A stretch of DNA of 37,020 bases from Tubiluchus corallicola. Taxonomy: Eukaryota; Animalia; Priapulida. The notes beneath the pieces are model-generated. The model saw only the letters and a list, made by a program, of their open reading frames with translations. It was not told where the DNA came from and made no database searches. The stretch covers positions 1-37,020 of the forward strand of contig JAQGDQ010001511.1 of assembly GCA_030141605.1 (NCBI GenBank). Direction: 5' to 3'. The position numbers were made by a program, and so were the translations under genes. Shown one piece after another: positions 1 to 12,826 of the stretch; position 1 is the stretch's first letter; every line of letters starts with the position of its first letter.

Positions 1-2278
1 TTGCAGATAAAGTTTTTCATCTATGATTTTCAGGCACTAAAGTCAACATCGGTCTAATTGCAATCATTGATTAAAAAATTCGTTAATGTTTTTAATTAGT
101 GACGTACTGTAGCGCATGTGAAACAATGTTTTTAACAAAATATCCTTATTAATCCGTCAAACGCTTTATTGTGTTACAGACACAAAGATCACAGGAAGTC
201 ACGAAGCAAAGACCGACGGTAACTTTCTGTCTTCAAACAGTAGGCCCTGCTGATAGTTAGTTTATTCTGTTTCTGCTACATTTTTACCCAAAGTTTTTAT
301 CATTTTGAGACTAAGTTTAGGTTGGAAAAAAAACTAGTCTTAGTGCCTGGTAAGCTACAGTTTTGTGTTGATCTCGTTCCTGTTGCATTTCCGACGCTGA
401 AAATTAGTCAGGAAGTTTTTAATTAGTACAATGTGCATTGTTACCTGTCTGGCAACAGAACGTCTGCTAAACATTTTTGTGTTTTTTCATTCATCATTAT
501 TATTATGTAAATCCTAATGATAAAGCATTTTGTCTATGTGGAGTTGAAATATGAAAAGTGTATTTTATGATTTCAATTAGAAAATGCTATATAAAATACG
601 AAAGTAACTCTACCAGTTGTAGCCTTGACATAAGTAGCTTTATTCTTTCTTCCATGTTTTTACTTCAACTTATCTTGCTGTACAGAATGACATTTGAAAT
701 GACTAGTATTGTTAGCACAAAGAACTGATTGAAGTTTAATGAGTTAATGCTTTACTATGAGTACGGTAAGGTTACTATATGAGAATATTTTCGTATAAAT
801 AACATGGTCATCATTTCCTTTGTACATAATTCGTGTTTTGAAAGTTGATTTTCAATATGTCTTGTAAATTAAAAAAAAATCAATATATGTGCTAGCTAGA
901 CAGATAAACAGTTTAGTGTATTTCGTTATAGGTGTTTTTTTGTAAAATAATGTGAAATTGTAGTTTTGTTTAAATGTATCTTTCACTGGAGTTATTATTT
1001 ACTGAATGTATCATCAGTTGCACTTTTAAAGTCGGAAATTTTCATTTGCTATCATCTTGTACGTTTGACAGGCTCAAGCTAAACTTGCATTTTATCAAGA
1101 GACACAGTTGCTTGCAGACTGAAACAAAACAAACATGTGATGTTATGTTGGTGCAGTAGCTCTTAATACATGATTCAATAGCTGCCAATAGGTGGCAAAA
1201 CTTTTCTTGTACAATGAAGCTATGGCGGTGCAACAAATGGGTGATGTGAGCTTGGTTGCTAGGAGTTTTGTACCACACATAATATGGTTAAACTTGAATA
1301 ATTGTTTGGACATACCTGTGCAAAAAAAATGTATACAGGATTTTTCAGGAAGAACTTTTGCTGTTTATTTTGCGATATCAACGTTGTTTTTCTCACTTGC
1401 TCAAGTTCTGCTTGATAACATTGGAATTTTGCCAATAGTTTAATCTGCATTGGATTTGGAGGTAAAGATTGTACAGTTAGTGAAAAATAAACTTGTTTCG
1501 AGATAAATATTTCTGTTAATGATTTGATACAAGGAAACAACAAAACTTGCTGTGCACACTTTTCTAGCCTTTAATTACGTTTTAAATTTAATAATCTTTT
1601 ACAAAAGTTTGCAAAAAATGGTTCAATATATGTTGAACTTTTATGAAGCCTAGGGATCTGGATAGACCAATTGCTTGTAAAAGCTGTTAATTGTTATAAC
1701 ACAGAAGGTACAAATGATTTAAACTTGCGATGCTCAATAAACTACATTATTTTTATTTTGTTACTTGCACACATACTAAGTAGTATACTATTAAACTTGA
1801 ATATTTACGACAGAATCCAGTGAAAAATAGTTTACTATTACTCATTGTTTTTTTTGTACATCACTAGCAAACGTTAAACAACAACCACAAAATTAATTTT
1901 TAATATTGGTGACATCTGACTGAACTGCGAATGCATGGCTGAATTTCAGGTGACCCCGGGTGAAATCAATGGTGGTGCCAACCTTAGGCTTGGCACTCTT
2001 GATTGAGTGGCATTCTTGGCGGCTTGGCGTTCTTGGCAGCTCGGCATTCTTGCCATTTGGCAGTGTGGCTGGATGCGTGTTTCTTCGCATCCAAATCTGG
2101 GCACTATCATCATCATCATCACCAATCTTCGTTGGAGTGAGCACTCCCAAGAAACTGCCACTCGCGCAACCAGGACCTTAATGAATGTTATTCACGGGGC
2201 ACTAGACCTATGTCACGAAAAAGTCAACGAAAGAGCAAAGAGGGGTTCATTACATGCTGTACTCGCTTGTTTGACAAA

Positions 2279-2376
2279 GGTCTCGGCAGTATGGACGATA
2301 TAGCCAGTCTAACAATTCGCAGGGGCCGATGGTCTCGGCAGTATGGACGATATAGCCAGTCTAACAATTCGCAGGG
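2279..2376. repeat. 52-bp-period direct duplication (2 copies)
   Basis: GGTCTCGGCAGTATGGACGATATAGCCAGTCTAACAATTCGCAGGG occurs at 2279 and again at 2331. Confidence 0.9.
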
Positions 2377-3672
2377 TTCGTACATTTGAAGGAGCAGCTA
2401 CGTGGAGAGACGCAAAGAGCTTCCCGATCTGCTGTTGTCTCAAGGAAGAGGAACAACCGTGCTACGTTGGTTGATGCAGTCCTTACGAGCCTGCGGTCCT
2501 ACTCCAGCCATCTGGTTGAGGCACAAGTTCGACGCATGTACTCAGACATCAACTTTTATGGCAAATTGAATCCTAGAAGTCTCCAAACTGCCTGGACAGA
2601 GCCAGCTCTCCGAGCCTCAACTGCAGTCGCTTCTTAATTTTCACATTTTAAATTAAAATTTCGTAAGAGTTATCCTCTTAAATGGCAAAAACTTTTTAGG
2701 CATTGTACAACAGAAATTTTGTACACCTGTAAAACCTGTAAATTTATTTTTTTCTCCTGCGTGGCTTCATTCAGGTTGGAGGACGGACCGTTTTCTGTCG
2801 AGGATAGCAACAGTATCAGTCGTCCAACGACATTACACCTACCAGCTTCTTCCGCCAAACGGTGCTGCTCTGCACAATGAATTTTTTTCAAATCTAAGGT
2901 TATTCCATTGAGACACATTTTGTGTAAAATCCATCCATCTGAACAATCTGCCTCCACTTGGCTTCTTGAATAGTTGAATTGAATATGGAACGCTTTAATA
3001 AGTGCTTTGTCTTCAGACAATCTCAGAGCTGGCGCACCTAGTTAAACTTCTACGTTCTATCTTCCTGATCCATATTTCTTCCCTGAATTTGTCGTACCAA
3101 TCTTTGTCACTTATAACATTTAGCCATTTTACTTACAATAATGATTTGAATAAATGCTGTTGTCTTAGTCATTTAATAAAGTTAATACAAAAAGTATTAA
3201 ATAATGAATACAGTAAATATTATATAAAATAAAGTAATAAATACCAAGTATCCGTGCCCAGAGCCACCCTTAAGAAAGAGTAGTTTTATTGGAAGAAGTA
3301 CGTGCGTGAAATTTATACGTGAAGAATTTATATGCATAGAAGCTAGTAGAAACGCCAAACTTAGCATGTAAATATGCCAAACAAGATACATGACTCAATT
3401 CTAATCAAAAAGTACCTTATCAAATTCAGTGTTCCCTCATTTTTTGTTATTATTTCTTCTGCTGAATAAGTCATGATTTCAAAAATAAATTACAAACAAC
3501 TCCAAACAAATAGGTCTGTAAGCTAAGTAATTTATAGTCGTCGTGCGTAGTAGGGCTTGTATAACGGTCACAGTTAGTGCACTAATGACCTGAGTATAAG
3601 TGCTTTGTTAAGTGCTGCAGTCTTCTGTTTTATTTTAACTGTTCTGAATAGCTGATCGTGTTAAAATGCGCC

Positions 3673-4572
3673 ATGATAATTTGTCAACACAGAAAAGGCA
3701 TTTTTCGCCGCGTCTTCGTCGTGCTGTTGTTCGCCATCATTAGTTACGTAACGTTAAATCGATCTGAGAACAAACGACAAACGTTTGATGATGACTCAAA
3801 ACGGTCAAGTTCAATCCTCGCCACACCAGGTGACGTCACAAAAGATGAGCCATTCCATCTGGAGATTGCCGTATTGACGATGAATAGACCTTGGTCATTG
3901 GAAAGACTGCTAAACGCGTTGGCCGCTGTAGAATATGACGGTGATATAGTGCAGTTAAAGATTTGTATTGATAGGAAAAAAGAAATATCCAAGGAAACTG
4001 TTGATATTGCTAAGTCATTCGAGTGGCCTTATGGTAAAAAGAAAGTAGTAATTAATGACAGCAATAAAGGGGTTGATATGCAATGGTTTACTTGTTGGAT
4101 ACCTTCAAAAAAACCCGGACACTATGGCATTATGTTCGAAGATGACACAGCGCCATCTAGGTTCTATTACAGATGGATAAAAGCCGCTCTTCTCTTTTGC
4201 AATGATAATCCCGAAGTAGGTGCTGTCACACTCACGACTGGAGCCACTGTTGGAAGAACGGACAGAGGTCGTAATTTAGAGGACAGAGTTGACCTAAATC
4301 CACTTGTAGGAGTATTTGGCTTGGCTCCCATGCCACACGTGTGGACAAAATTTCTCCGATGGGCATTTGAGAAACTGAAGGACTCTTCATTTCGCCAGTA
4401 CATTCGAGGCGAAAAGTATCTGTTCCTCAACAAGTATATTCCTCAACAATTATTTGGAAGGCGGTCACTGACAATTGTTAGTGATACATTCACAGGTTAT
4501 TACTTTAACGAAAATCACACGTATACACTTTATACACTTTATGTATGTACGTCATGTAATAACATAAATTAA
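3673..4572 (+). CDS. Type II membrane GT-A fold (GT2-like) glycosyltransferase; 3' end uncertain (truncated or spliced)
   Basis: ATG at 3673 follows an acceptor-like TTTTAACTGTTCTGAATAG (ending 3650). The protein has a basic N-terminus, a TM anchor (VFVVLLFAIISYVTL) and a stem. GT-A motifs follow: IAVLTMNRPWSLERLL, ICID, FEWPYGKK and GIMFEDD (EDD metal-binding motif). The ORF ends soon after a TATACACTT duplication; a possible GTATGT donor lies at 4543. Confidence 0.7.
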   Translation: MIICQHRKGIFRRVFVVLLFAIISYVTLNRSENKRQTFDDDSKRSSSILATPGDVTKDEPFHLEIAVLTMNRPWSLERLLNALAAVEYDGDIVQLKICIDRKKEISKETVDIAKSFEWPYGKKKVVINDSNKGVDMQWFTCWIPSKKPGHYGIMFEDDTAPSRFYYRWIKAALLFCNDNPEVGAVTLTTGATVGRTDRGRNLEDRVDLNPLVGVFGLAPMPHVWTKFLRWAFEKLKDSSFRQYIRGEKYLFLNKYIPQQLFGRRSLTIVSDTFTGYYFNENHTYTLYTLYVCTSCNNIN

Positions 4573-4909
4573 CAATAACATTAGCTGTAAAAACGAAACA
4601 TTAATTAGTAACTTTCGCGAACCTGGGATGCAGAGATAATAAATGAGTAAAGTACTAAAATCAGTAAATAGCAGCTTTTCGTTTAAGCTCGTAGTTTCAT
4701 GCGTGAGATATAAACAAATTAAGATATTTACATCATAAATTTATTTTAGATGAAATATTAAGAAGTTGTTAAACACAGGAGGAGTTCGTAATAGTGTAGC
4801 AAAACATACCAGTTGGGAACTTAAACCGATCAGATTAGTTTTCCGACATTACCGTTTCTTTAAAAAGCAGTATAATTTATAGTTACTGATAAATCAGTAA
4901 ACTGAATTA

Positions 4910-5510
4910 AAGCAAAATCGGACCAAGTCTTAAACTGTAGGTCAAACAATTGAAAGGGAACATACTATTTTTTTCAAAATTGACTTACGTGAAAGTATTA
5001 TTACCACACAACACAATTTCAAGTTCGAGCCACTAGTTCTTCACTGTTACATGCATTTAGCTTTTCGCTGGTTAGATGGCAGTAGCGTCTGTCTGCATTT
5101 TGGAAACCATTGCACATAAAGCAGGTGCTGCACCTCTCAATTAAGATGTGCTAGTTTGTGGACGAGCAACACACATTCGGTAGCTCACGCCTGCGCACAG
5201 CGGTAAATTTGAAATTTGAATTTTTATCTTAAAACATGCCTAGTTTTAATACAACACACGGAATATCTTACAGCATCATTGTGCTTTAATTTTCACTTTC
5301 GCAAACACGTGCAACACGCTCGTGGAATATTTTTTCGCTGTTAAAAATTATGTTAGTTTGTGATGTCATCAATACTTGGGCTCGCCCACCGTTAATTAAG
5401 TTTATAATCTATTATTGAATTATTAGAAACGCTTTTGCAGTATTAATTATGCTAAAAGGTTTGCCTTTTACCGTACTTGAAAATGGAGTAGTATATGAAA
5501 AATCATCCTA
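4910..5510 (+). mobile_element. Dispersed ~600-bp repeat (unclassified TE fragment), copy 1
   Basis: Collinear, diverged match to the reverse complement of 23945-24572, e.g. GCAAACACGTGCAACACGCTCG...AAAATTATGTTAGTTTGTGATGTCATCAA and AAGCAAAA-(TC/CT)GGACC(A/C)A. Confidence 0.7.
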
Positions 5511-7613
5511 TCTTCCTTTAAAGAAATTTGTGTCATCAACAAACATTTTTGTGCTGAAATTTAATATGTACTGTATTAATAATATTCTTTGTGTCAAAAA
5601 GAAAAAATAGGAAACATGTTAAATAATTTTGTATTAAACAAAAACATAAATTGTACCTCTTTGTAATTGTTAGGTGTTTTTATTTCTCAATAAAAGTATT
5701 CGTTAGTTAATTCGTTCTATTTAAATGTCGATATTTGAAAGTTTGTAAAAGAATTTTAGACTACAAGATTTCGAAAATGACTAAAATGACTAGGATTTCA
5801 GATTTTTTGCATCTAGGCTATACAGAACCCACGTGGAAACCAATTTTTTACGTTTTATTTATTTCCTTTTCATGGCCTCTTTAATAATGGTTTTAGCTTC
5901 CATGAACACTCTTTCATTAAACTGTGACATGACTTATCAATTAGTGTGAAAAGGTCTTATGATTTTCAAGCGATTTGTCCATAATTTGCCAAACGTTTGT
6001 AAAAAAATTAGAAGTCATTGAGTTTAGTAAGCCTAAATTATATAGATCCAGATTTCAATTTTTTGGCTCTTTAATACTCAATATTTTCCTGTACAGCCGC
6101 CTTCGGAAGGCGTGGATCATTTTTGGAACATCCTGTACCGTTAGATTTGTCGTAAGGAACGCTGCGCCGGCTCATGGTGCCTTATGATTAGTAATTTTGT
6201 CGTATAATTTTCCATTTATTGTGATTGAATTAGATTAATAGGAGATGAGATGAATTGCACTACATTTTATCCGGCTAGCGAATTAAAATTATTATCGAAG
6301 GCTTAAAATACATCAATGATTTTTTAAATTAACGTTTTTTTTATTTTTGCAAAATTGTTTTTTATTTCCTTGCACTTATATTTTTACAAGAATAGCTTAA
6401 GAACCTTTAAAAGAAAAAAAAACTATTCACCACAGAAATTGTGTTAACAGGAAAAAAAAATTACTCATCACGGTTTGAACTCCTGATATTCAGTGTGCTA
6501 CACCTAATAAATGACAACACATTTATAGCTAGATTTTGTAAGTACTTTCACTCACAGCATTTGGTCAAGTGCTGCAAAGTAAGCAGCAGGCCTTAACCGT
6601 ATGTGGGGTAGTGATGTGTAGGAAGTGGAGAATGAGAGAAGAAAGATTTTTCGATAAATGTAATTAGAAGACGTGGTCGTGGCAGTCTATAGAGAGAATT
6701 CCAAAATTTCGTACGACTTTGCATAGTGCACCTCCCTTACATGCTTTTATGGTGTGAACATAGACATAGACATTTGTATTATGGTCGTAGCCAGTAAGCC
6801 AAATGACCTACAAGTTAGCCTGGTGCGTCAGAAAATTGTGATGTCAGTAGCCAGTAATGTTGTGATGGTAGAATAGGATTTCGTAATTTGGTCTTAGTGA
6901 AAAATCAAAATTATGTAAGATTTTCGGTTATGAAGAGGTGAAACACGGTAATACTGCAAAAAAGACTTTTGCGTTTTACATTTCGTCATTAGCTGCGTTT
7001 TTGTTAGCTTCAAACAAATAGACTTAGGTTGAGCGTTTCACTGGCTCCTCTTTGAGCAATTTGTTCTAGTTTTTTTTAGTTATCAGTGATCAAGAGAAAT
7101 AATGAATCTAAATGCAGAATAGGCGTGGGAAATTTTTGTTGATTTCATTTTACTAATAACGGCTAAGTATATGCCAAACCAAAACACTAAAAGAGGAGTA
7201 TTGCAATTCACGTCTCAAGTTGGTTTGATAAATCTGATTAAAAGTGAATGTCTTTAAAGTTTAAGCATGACTTGAACATAGATAATTGATATTGCAGTTT
7301 CGCTAGCAAACTAATAAAGTTCAATAAAGATTTATTGCTTCCTTACTTCATCAGAGGTTACGAAATTGAAATATAATCAAATTTTACATTAATTTTTTGT
7401 TTCATCTGTCACATTCCTGATATTCCTGTGATGTGGCTGCGCATGGACAGGTTTGAGACCAGAAGAAAGTGACTGAAACGCCAATTCTGGTCGGATTCCT
7501 AACCTTTTCCTGTTGACTCTGAACGTGGATTTATGATTCTTCTGAATAAAATTTGGCTGTGTATAAAATTATAAGTATTGTTCTTGTACAGCAGTGCAAA
7601 AGCCGAATGAAAG

Positions 7614-7715
7614 ATGTTTGAAGTGGCACTAAGACTAGTGGCTGATAATACGTGCAAGTCCAGCTATAACTGTTCAGGTCATGGAATGTGCCACGATGGA
7701 ATCTGTCTGTGTGAG
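7614..7715 (+). CDS. Exon 1 (coding): start plus most of an EGF-like domain
   Basis: MFEVALRLVADNTCKSSYNCSGHGMCHDGICLCE|GTACGT. CSGHGxC...CxC is an EGF_2/tenascin-type pattern. The in-frame TGA at 7608 supports ATG 7614 as the start. Confidence 0.85.
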
Positions 7716-7737
7716 GTACGTTTCCATTTATTTACAT

Positions 7738-8222
7738 CAGGGGTGTGCAAATTGCGGCCCGCCGAGAGAGTTTGGGCGGCCCGGCCGCGAAGAGATTTGT
7801 CAACCTAATGAAAGTGCGGCCCGAGCGATTAATTGAGTGTAGCCAGCTGAAGTCTGTGCCACGATCCCAAAGATAGTGCAGGTAGTTTTTTCTACTAGAT
7901 CGGATGCCATTAACCCTTACAAGACGGTTGTAGCTTAATGTCACTGTACTACACAGACTGTGTGATACACATTACTAATATGCATTGTAATGAAATTACC
8001 ACTATTTGTCCTGAAAGTAGAAATATATGGTTTGTATATAAATTTTAATAACTTCTAAAATAGTTTCTTGAGTGTAGTAGTAATGATGTACGCAGGTCGG
8101 ATGCAAAAAAATCGTTATTAGGCCTTTCTGTACTTGGCTCCTTGATCAAACTGCCTGTGGCCCGCAGGAATTGTGGGAAAGTTTAATGTGGCCCTGCTAG
8201 TCAGATAATTTGCACACCCCTG
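7738..8222 (+). mobile_element. hAT-superfamily MITE, family A, copy 1
   Basis: TIRs CAGGGGTGTGCAAATT / AATTTGCACACCCCTG. Perfect 8-bp TSD ATTTACAT (7730-7737, 8223-8230). Subterminal GCGGCCC/GTGGCCC motifs. Confidence 0.92.
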
Positions 8223-8927
8223 ATTTACATATTTAAATAGGCTAAGTAGGTCATGGGGCCGCACATCTCAGGCTCGGATATTTGGACGTCAGAAACTGAT
8301 GCACTAGTGCCCTGCTGCATGACTTGATTGCCAAAGATACATTATTTCTGCGTAGCGTTACAAATCATGCTGCCTATTGAAAGCTAAAGTTGTGGCAATT
8401 CTCTCATCCATTGCCTGATTAGCATCGAAGTTTTTGTAAGAAAAGAAATACTTATTTTGTAAATATATAAGGAAGTACTTATATTGAGTACACTCACATT
8501 CTTAAAATATAAAGAAAGTTGAAAGGAAGTTCTAAGTTCAAAGAAAGAAAGTAAGTACATAGAAAGTTTACGACAGCTAGCAAAAAAGCTCAAATGCTGC
8601 AGCTAACAGGACAATATGGCTAGAACCAGAAACAGGCAATCGAGATGCAAGGAAGAGTTATCATTGACATAGCATAATTTTCTTTTGAGAAAATGTCATA
8701 TTTTTATAAAATGAACTGAACCTTACAGTAACTTTAATTTGAAAAGACCGAATTAAGGTAGAAAACACAGAAACTCCAAAAGCTTGAATGGTTTTAATAG
8801 TTATAATATCATTTGTTACTGCATACGTTTAATTTAATACGATTCTGAAAAAATATTGAGATTTTAGTCGTTAAAAATTTAATAAACAAAAATAAAAAAA
8901 AATTAAATACAACATTAAATTTTACTG

Positions 8928-9435
8928 GTGCACAAATGTCTCTTGTCAAAGAGTCCCCATATCTCCTGCCCAAGTGTCCCTTGCCCAAATGTCTAGTGCC
9001 CTGTGCCTAAATGTCTCCTGCCCAAGTGTCCCTTGCCCAAATATCTCGCGCCCTGTGCCTAAATCTCCTGCCCGAGTGTCCCTTGCCCAAATGTCTTGTG
9101 CCCAAGTGTCCCTTGTCCAAATATCTCGTGCCCTGTGCCTAAATGTCTCCTACCCAAGTGTCCCTTGCCCAAATGTCTCCTACCCAAGTGTCCCTTGCCC
9201 AAATATCTCGCGCCCTGTGCCTAAACCTCCTGCCCAAGTGTCCCTTGCCCAAATGTCTCCTACCCCAAGTGTCCCTTGTCCAAATATCTCGGGCCCTGTG
9301 CCTAAACCTCCTGCCCAAGTGTCCCTTGCCCAAATGTCTCCTACCCCAAGTGTCCCTTGTCCAAATATCTCGCGCCCTGTGCCTAAACCTCCTGCCCAAG
9401 TGTCCCTTGCCCAAATATCTTGTGCCCAAGTGTCA
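8928..9435. repeat. Complex minisatellite of ~15-bp CCCAA(G/A)TGTC-based subunits with an 81-bp higher-order unit
   Basis: Recurrent GCCCAAGTGTCCCTTGCCCAAATGTCTCC. The 81-bp period is visible at 9201, 9282 and 9363. Confidence 0.85.
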
Positions 9436-9837
9436 CGTATACTCAGTACCGTTCAATTATTCTGTGTGTATTTACATTTGAGTAAATAATAGAGACCACA
9501 AGAATCTCTATTATATTGGCCTATTAAAAGTATTTTTTCCGCAGATAAGTATATATGTATACGAAGGAGCTTCATTCAAAATATTAACACTGGCAGTGAG
9601 AGATTATTAATAAACTTTTCTGCTGCAATTTCATTATAGTTTCTTAGCTGAAATTGGTTTTTTACTTTTCTGAGACCTTACAACTACCGCTAGTATTCTG
9701 ACCCGCTTTCTCGATACCAGCTGTGAGCAGTTCACCTTTGTGTCTGCTCATTGTTTTATGCACGGTTTTTGCATTTGAGCAGAATGTATAGCTTGCTAGC
9801 CTGCATCTGACCATGTTGTATATGTGACATGTTTTAG

Positions 9838-9939
9838 GTTCAGTTTAGTGGTGGGACATGTGCTGATGCAAACATGAGATACTTCATAAGCTTCAGTGCC
9901 GTATTTTACTTTCTTTCATTTGTCTCACTCGTACAGCTG
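9838..9939 (+). CDS. Exon 2: end of EGF-like domain plus TM1
   Basis: TTTTAG|VQFSGGTCADANMRYFISFSAVFYFLSFVSLVQL|GTGAGT. Supplies the last EGF cysteine (F-x-G-x-x-C). Confidence 0.85.
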
Positions 9940-10030
9940 GTGAGTGCAGTTTGTTTTTATTTACATGTTTTTTGTTTACCATATGAAATTTTTTAAGAAA
10001 ACCGTTTAAATTATCAATATCGAAGTAAAT

Positions 10031-10230
10031 AAGGGAAAGAACAAGTCATTCAGAACGTTGAGTTTATTTTACTGTTCTCACTTAAACTGTTTGTGGTGTG
10101 CTAAAGGAAAGAACAAGTCACTCAGAATGTTGGGTTTATTGTACTGTTATCACTTAAACTGTTTGTGGTGTGCTAAAAGAAAGAACAAGTCACTCAGTAT
10201 GTTGGGTTTATTTTACTGTTCTCACTTAAA
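10031..10230. repeat. 72-bp tandem repeat, ~2.8 copies
   Basis: AAAGAACAAGTCA at 10036, 10108 and 10180. Confidence 0.85.
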
Positions 10231-11408
10231 TCTAGAAAAATATAATAAAGAAATTTGCAAAGAACTGCCTATGATGCATAAATTTAAAATATACTACCTC
10301 TGAATAGAAATTTTCAGGCGTGGTGGTTGCCGCCATTCACTTGAAAATCATGACGTAACTGGGAGACCTAGTGACTTCATAAGCGCAGCGTGGATTTCCG
10401 TAAGCGCCCTCTGCTTAAACTAATTCAAACTTCTGCAGGTTACCTAATGTTCAGACAAAAGTATTACAAAATTAGCAGTCTATTTTTTTGCAAAAGCTTG
10501 CTATACTTTAGATGAAGATTGACAGTGTCCTACTTTTCTTCACGACAAATGACGTCATTGGAAGAAGAATGAATATTGAAGATGACAGCACCCAAGCATG
10601 AAGTGATTGCGACTTTAAACTGATTTTACTAATTACACGAGACACTTATTGCAGTTTTATAACTAAATCCTTTCTATGATTTTTTGCGAACATTGAAATA
10701 AGCCTAACCTCCTAAAAGGCTTGATCTTTCCTTTAAACACCAGTAGCTACTTAAGTGGAAGCTTTTCTGTGAAATTTTGTAGACAGAGTTTTCTGTAACA
10801 ATGTTATGTCAATTAAAATTATTCTTGTAAGTTTGCTTGTTTCACTAGTTGCTATAGTTACCATTGTATATTTTAGCAATACACATTAATTATCTAAATT
10901 TCAAGATTATCAGTTTGAAAAATGGCTGAATCGGAGGAAACATTAGAATGTCCCTGATGTTGAAAATTTTGCAATTCAGAGTTTGTTCCATTATTAGTTA
11001 TACTCATGTTTTTCTTGAGACAAGGTGAATAGCTGTGTGCTTCGTGACCGTAGTTAAGCAGCACTGAGCCTGATAGTGAAAGGTGACAGTTTGGGTTCAA
11101 TTCTCGCTTTTTTGTTTTCATTTATCTTAATGATTTTGACTGTTTATATCAATGGCATACGATGTATTAACAGCTAGATAATGCCAAAACACCCCTGCTG
11201 ATTCAGTGGCTCATTTTGCAGACATAGTCTTGATAATAAGCCAAGTTCTAGTCTTACCACAAGCAGCAACATTAAGTAGGTGCTGCTGTGCTATTCAATG
11301 CTGGTTTGTGACTGGCAGTATGCGTGTTCTGATAGGAATGTGCATGTTGCAAGTACGGCTGTATGAGTGATGAGAAATGAAATTGTTCATTTTGTTCATG
11401 TTTTCTAG

Positions 11409-11537
11409 TGCATGTGTATCAGGGAAGACATGATGAAATGCTCAACGACAAGCGCACTCCGTATAACCAGTCAAAAATTACTCTACATCTTCGTGATCAT
11501 TGCCACTGCTATACGAGGAATTTACTTCTCTACCAAA
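11409..11537 (+). CDS. Exon 3: loop plus TM2
   Basis: TTTTCTAG|CMCIREDMMKCSTTSALRITSQKLLYIFVIIATAIRGIYFSTK|GTGAGC. Confidence 0.85.
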
Positions 11538-11888
11538 GTGAGCACTTTACGGTTTGTTCAATCTATACACTTAAGACTCGCAATTTTTCCAGTGTTTAAA
11601 AAAACTATAGCTCTTCTGTCTTGATATTATGTGTGAATTTTTGGAAATGTGATGGTAAAAATAGTATCGGTGTGATAGAGGTAAATGATTTTATGTATAA
11701 CTAATTGTCACTTATCCATTGGAGAAAATTATTTAATGTTTCTTTGGTGTCAGTCTGTTCATCTCTTCATGTATGTTTATTTGTGCTACACAACATTTTT
11801 CTAATTAGTCATAAGTCATTTATTTCACATTACACATTTACAATAGTTACGTATACAATATCTAGTGAAAGGGCCTACAATGGATATA

Positions 11889-12343
11889 CCGTATTTTCCC
11901 GTGTATAAGAGACCCTTGTGTATAAGAGACCCCTTCAATTTTTAGGCAAAAATTCTGGAAAAAAGTTTTTTCAGACGGACATTTTTAGAGGGTAAAGTAC
12001 AACTTTTTTCAACTCAGTGCGGTACTGAAAACAAAATAAAACCAGTTAATGTGTTGTAGAAAAAGAGTACTGGTATATATTAAAGTGCGTACCTGCAAAC
12101 CTGTAACAGGAAAAGAGAAAACGAGGAGATAATGCCTGTGTCACGATGCTTGTATTGCTTACAACCGCTTCATAGTCGAACGCGACACGCAAAACAGTTG
12201 TAGAGCACTTATTTCTTTAAAATCATTAGTGTCACAATTTATGCATCTTATTGAAAAGACTTACTCCCATGTATAAGAGACCCCCTATTTTTAAAGTGAA
12301 AATTCTGAGCAAAAAAGGGTCTCTTATACACGGGAAAATACGG
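11889..12343. mobile_element. Tc1/mariner-superfamily (Tc2/pogo-like) MITE
   Basis: Perfect 28-bp TIRs CCGTATTTTCCCGTGTATAAGAGACCCT flanked by TA on both sides. Internal repeats of TGTATAAGAGACCC. Confidence 0.88.
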
Positions 12344-12575
12344 TAATACAAATAAGAAATACTGCACAGGAAAAGCCTCAAACACTGTTCACTTATACAC
12401 GAAGGTAAATGTGTTGCGAGCAATCAAAAAGCAGGGCTTGTTAGATTGTACCACACAGTGGAAGATAAAAAAAGTAATGGAAATAATCTGAAAATTTAAA
12501 GTGAATCGTGTGATTAAAAAACATTAGTGCTTAAAATGGAATGATGTAATGAATGAAGCTCATATATTAGTAATG

Positions 12576-12826
12576 CACTCGTATCTCGGTTTTACGGATA
12601 TCGGAAAAATCGGACAAAATCTGGACCGTTAAAAGTCCTGCATGCTACCGACACGGTTCGTTGTTTCCCGTGCTGACCGCTAGTTGGTCATCACTTTGTT
12701 TTCATCATTACATTTATGCAACAAAGCAACCTGTAATGCGACACATCTGTAGTTTGTATGTTAGGAGCGGCCCGTACTAGACGCTTTCATCTCCCTGCTT
12801 TTGTCTGACAAACCGAGATATGAGTG
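12576..12826. mobile_element. TA-flanked MITE family C, shorter copy (inverted relative to 25491-25902)
   Basis: TIRs CACTCGTATCTCGGTTT / AAACCGAGATATGAGTG. Internal CGGACAAAATCTGGACCGTTAAAAGTCC is the reverse complement of sequence at ~25825-25852. Confidence 0.7.

Noticed and set aside
185-225. ETS-like CAGGAAGT followed by a G|GTAACT donor (possible first exon)
   Set aside because: Short motifs expected by chance. They cannot be tied to a transcript without RNA data.
1025-1545. Possible decayed pogo/Tigger transposase C-terminus on the minus strand (QMKISDF resembles QxKITDFF)
   Set aside because: A single short motif interrupted by stops, with no DDE core or TIRs found.
2670-3130. Minus-strand ORF fragments
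   Set aside because: No recognisable domain and no consistent splice structure.
8974-9489. Pro/Cys-rich 171-aa ORF and overlapping ORFs
   Set aside because: Translation of an intronic minisatellite.
11040-11110. tRNA/SINE-like B-box (GGGTTCAATTCTC); a similar hint on the minus strand near 6470-6500
   Set aside because: I could not fold a cloverleaf or find a second copy, tail or TSD.
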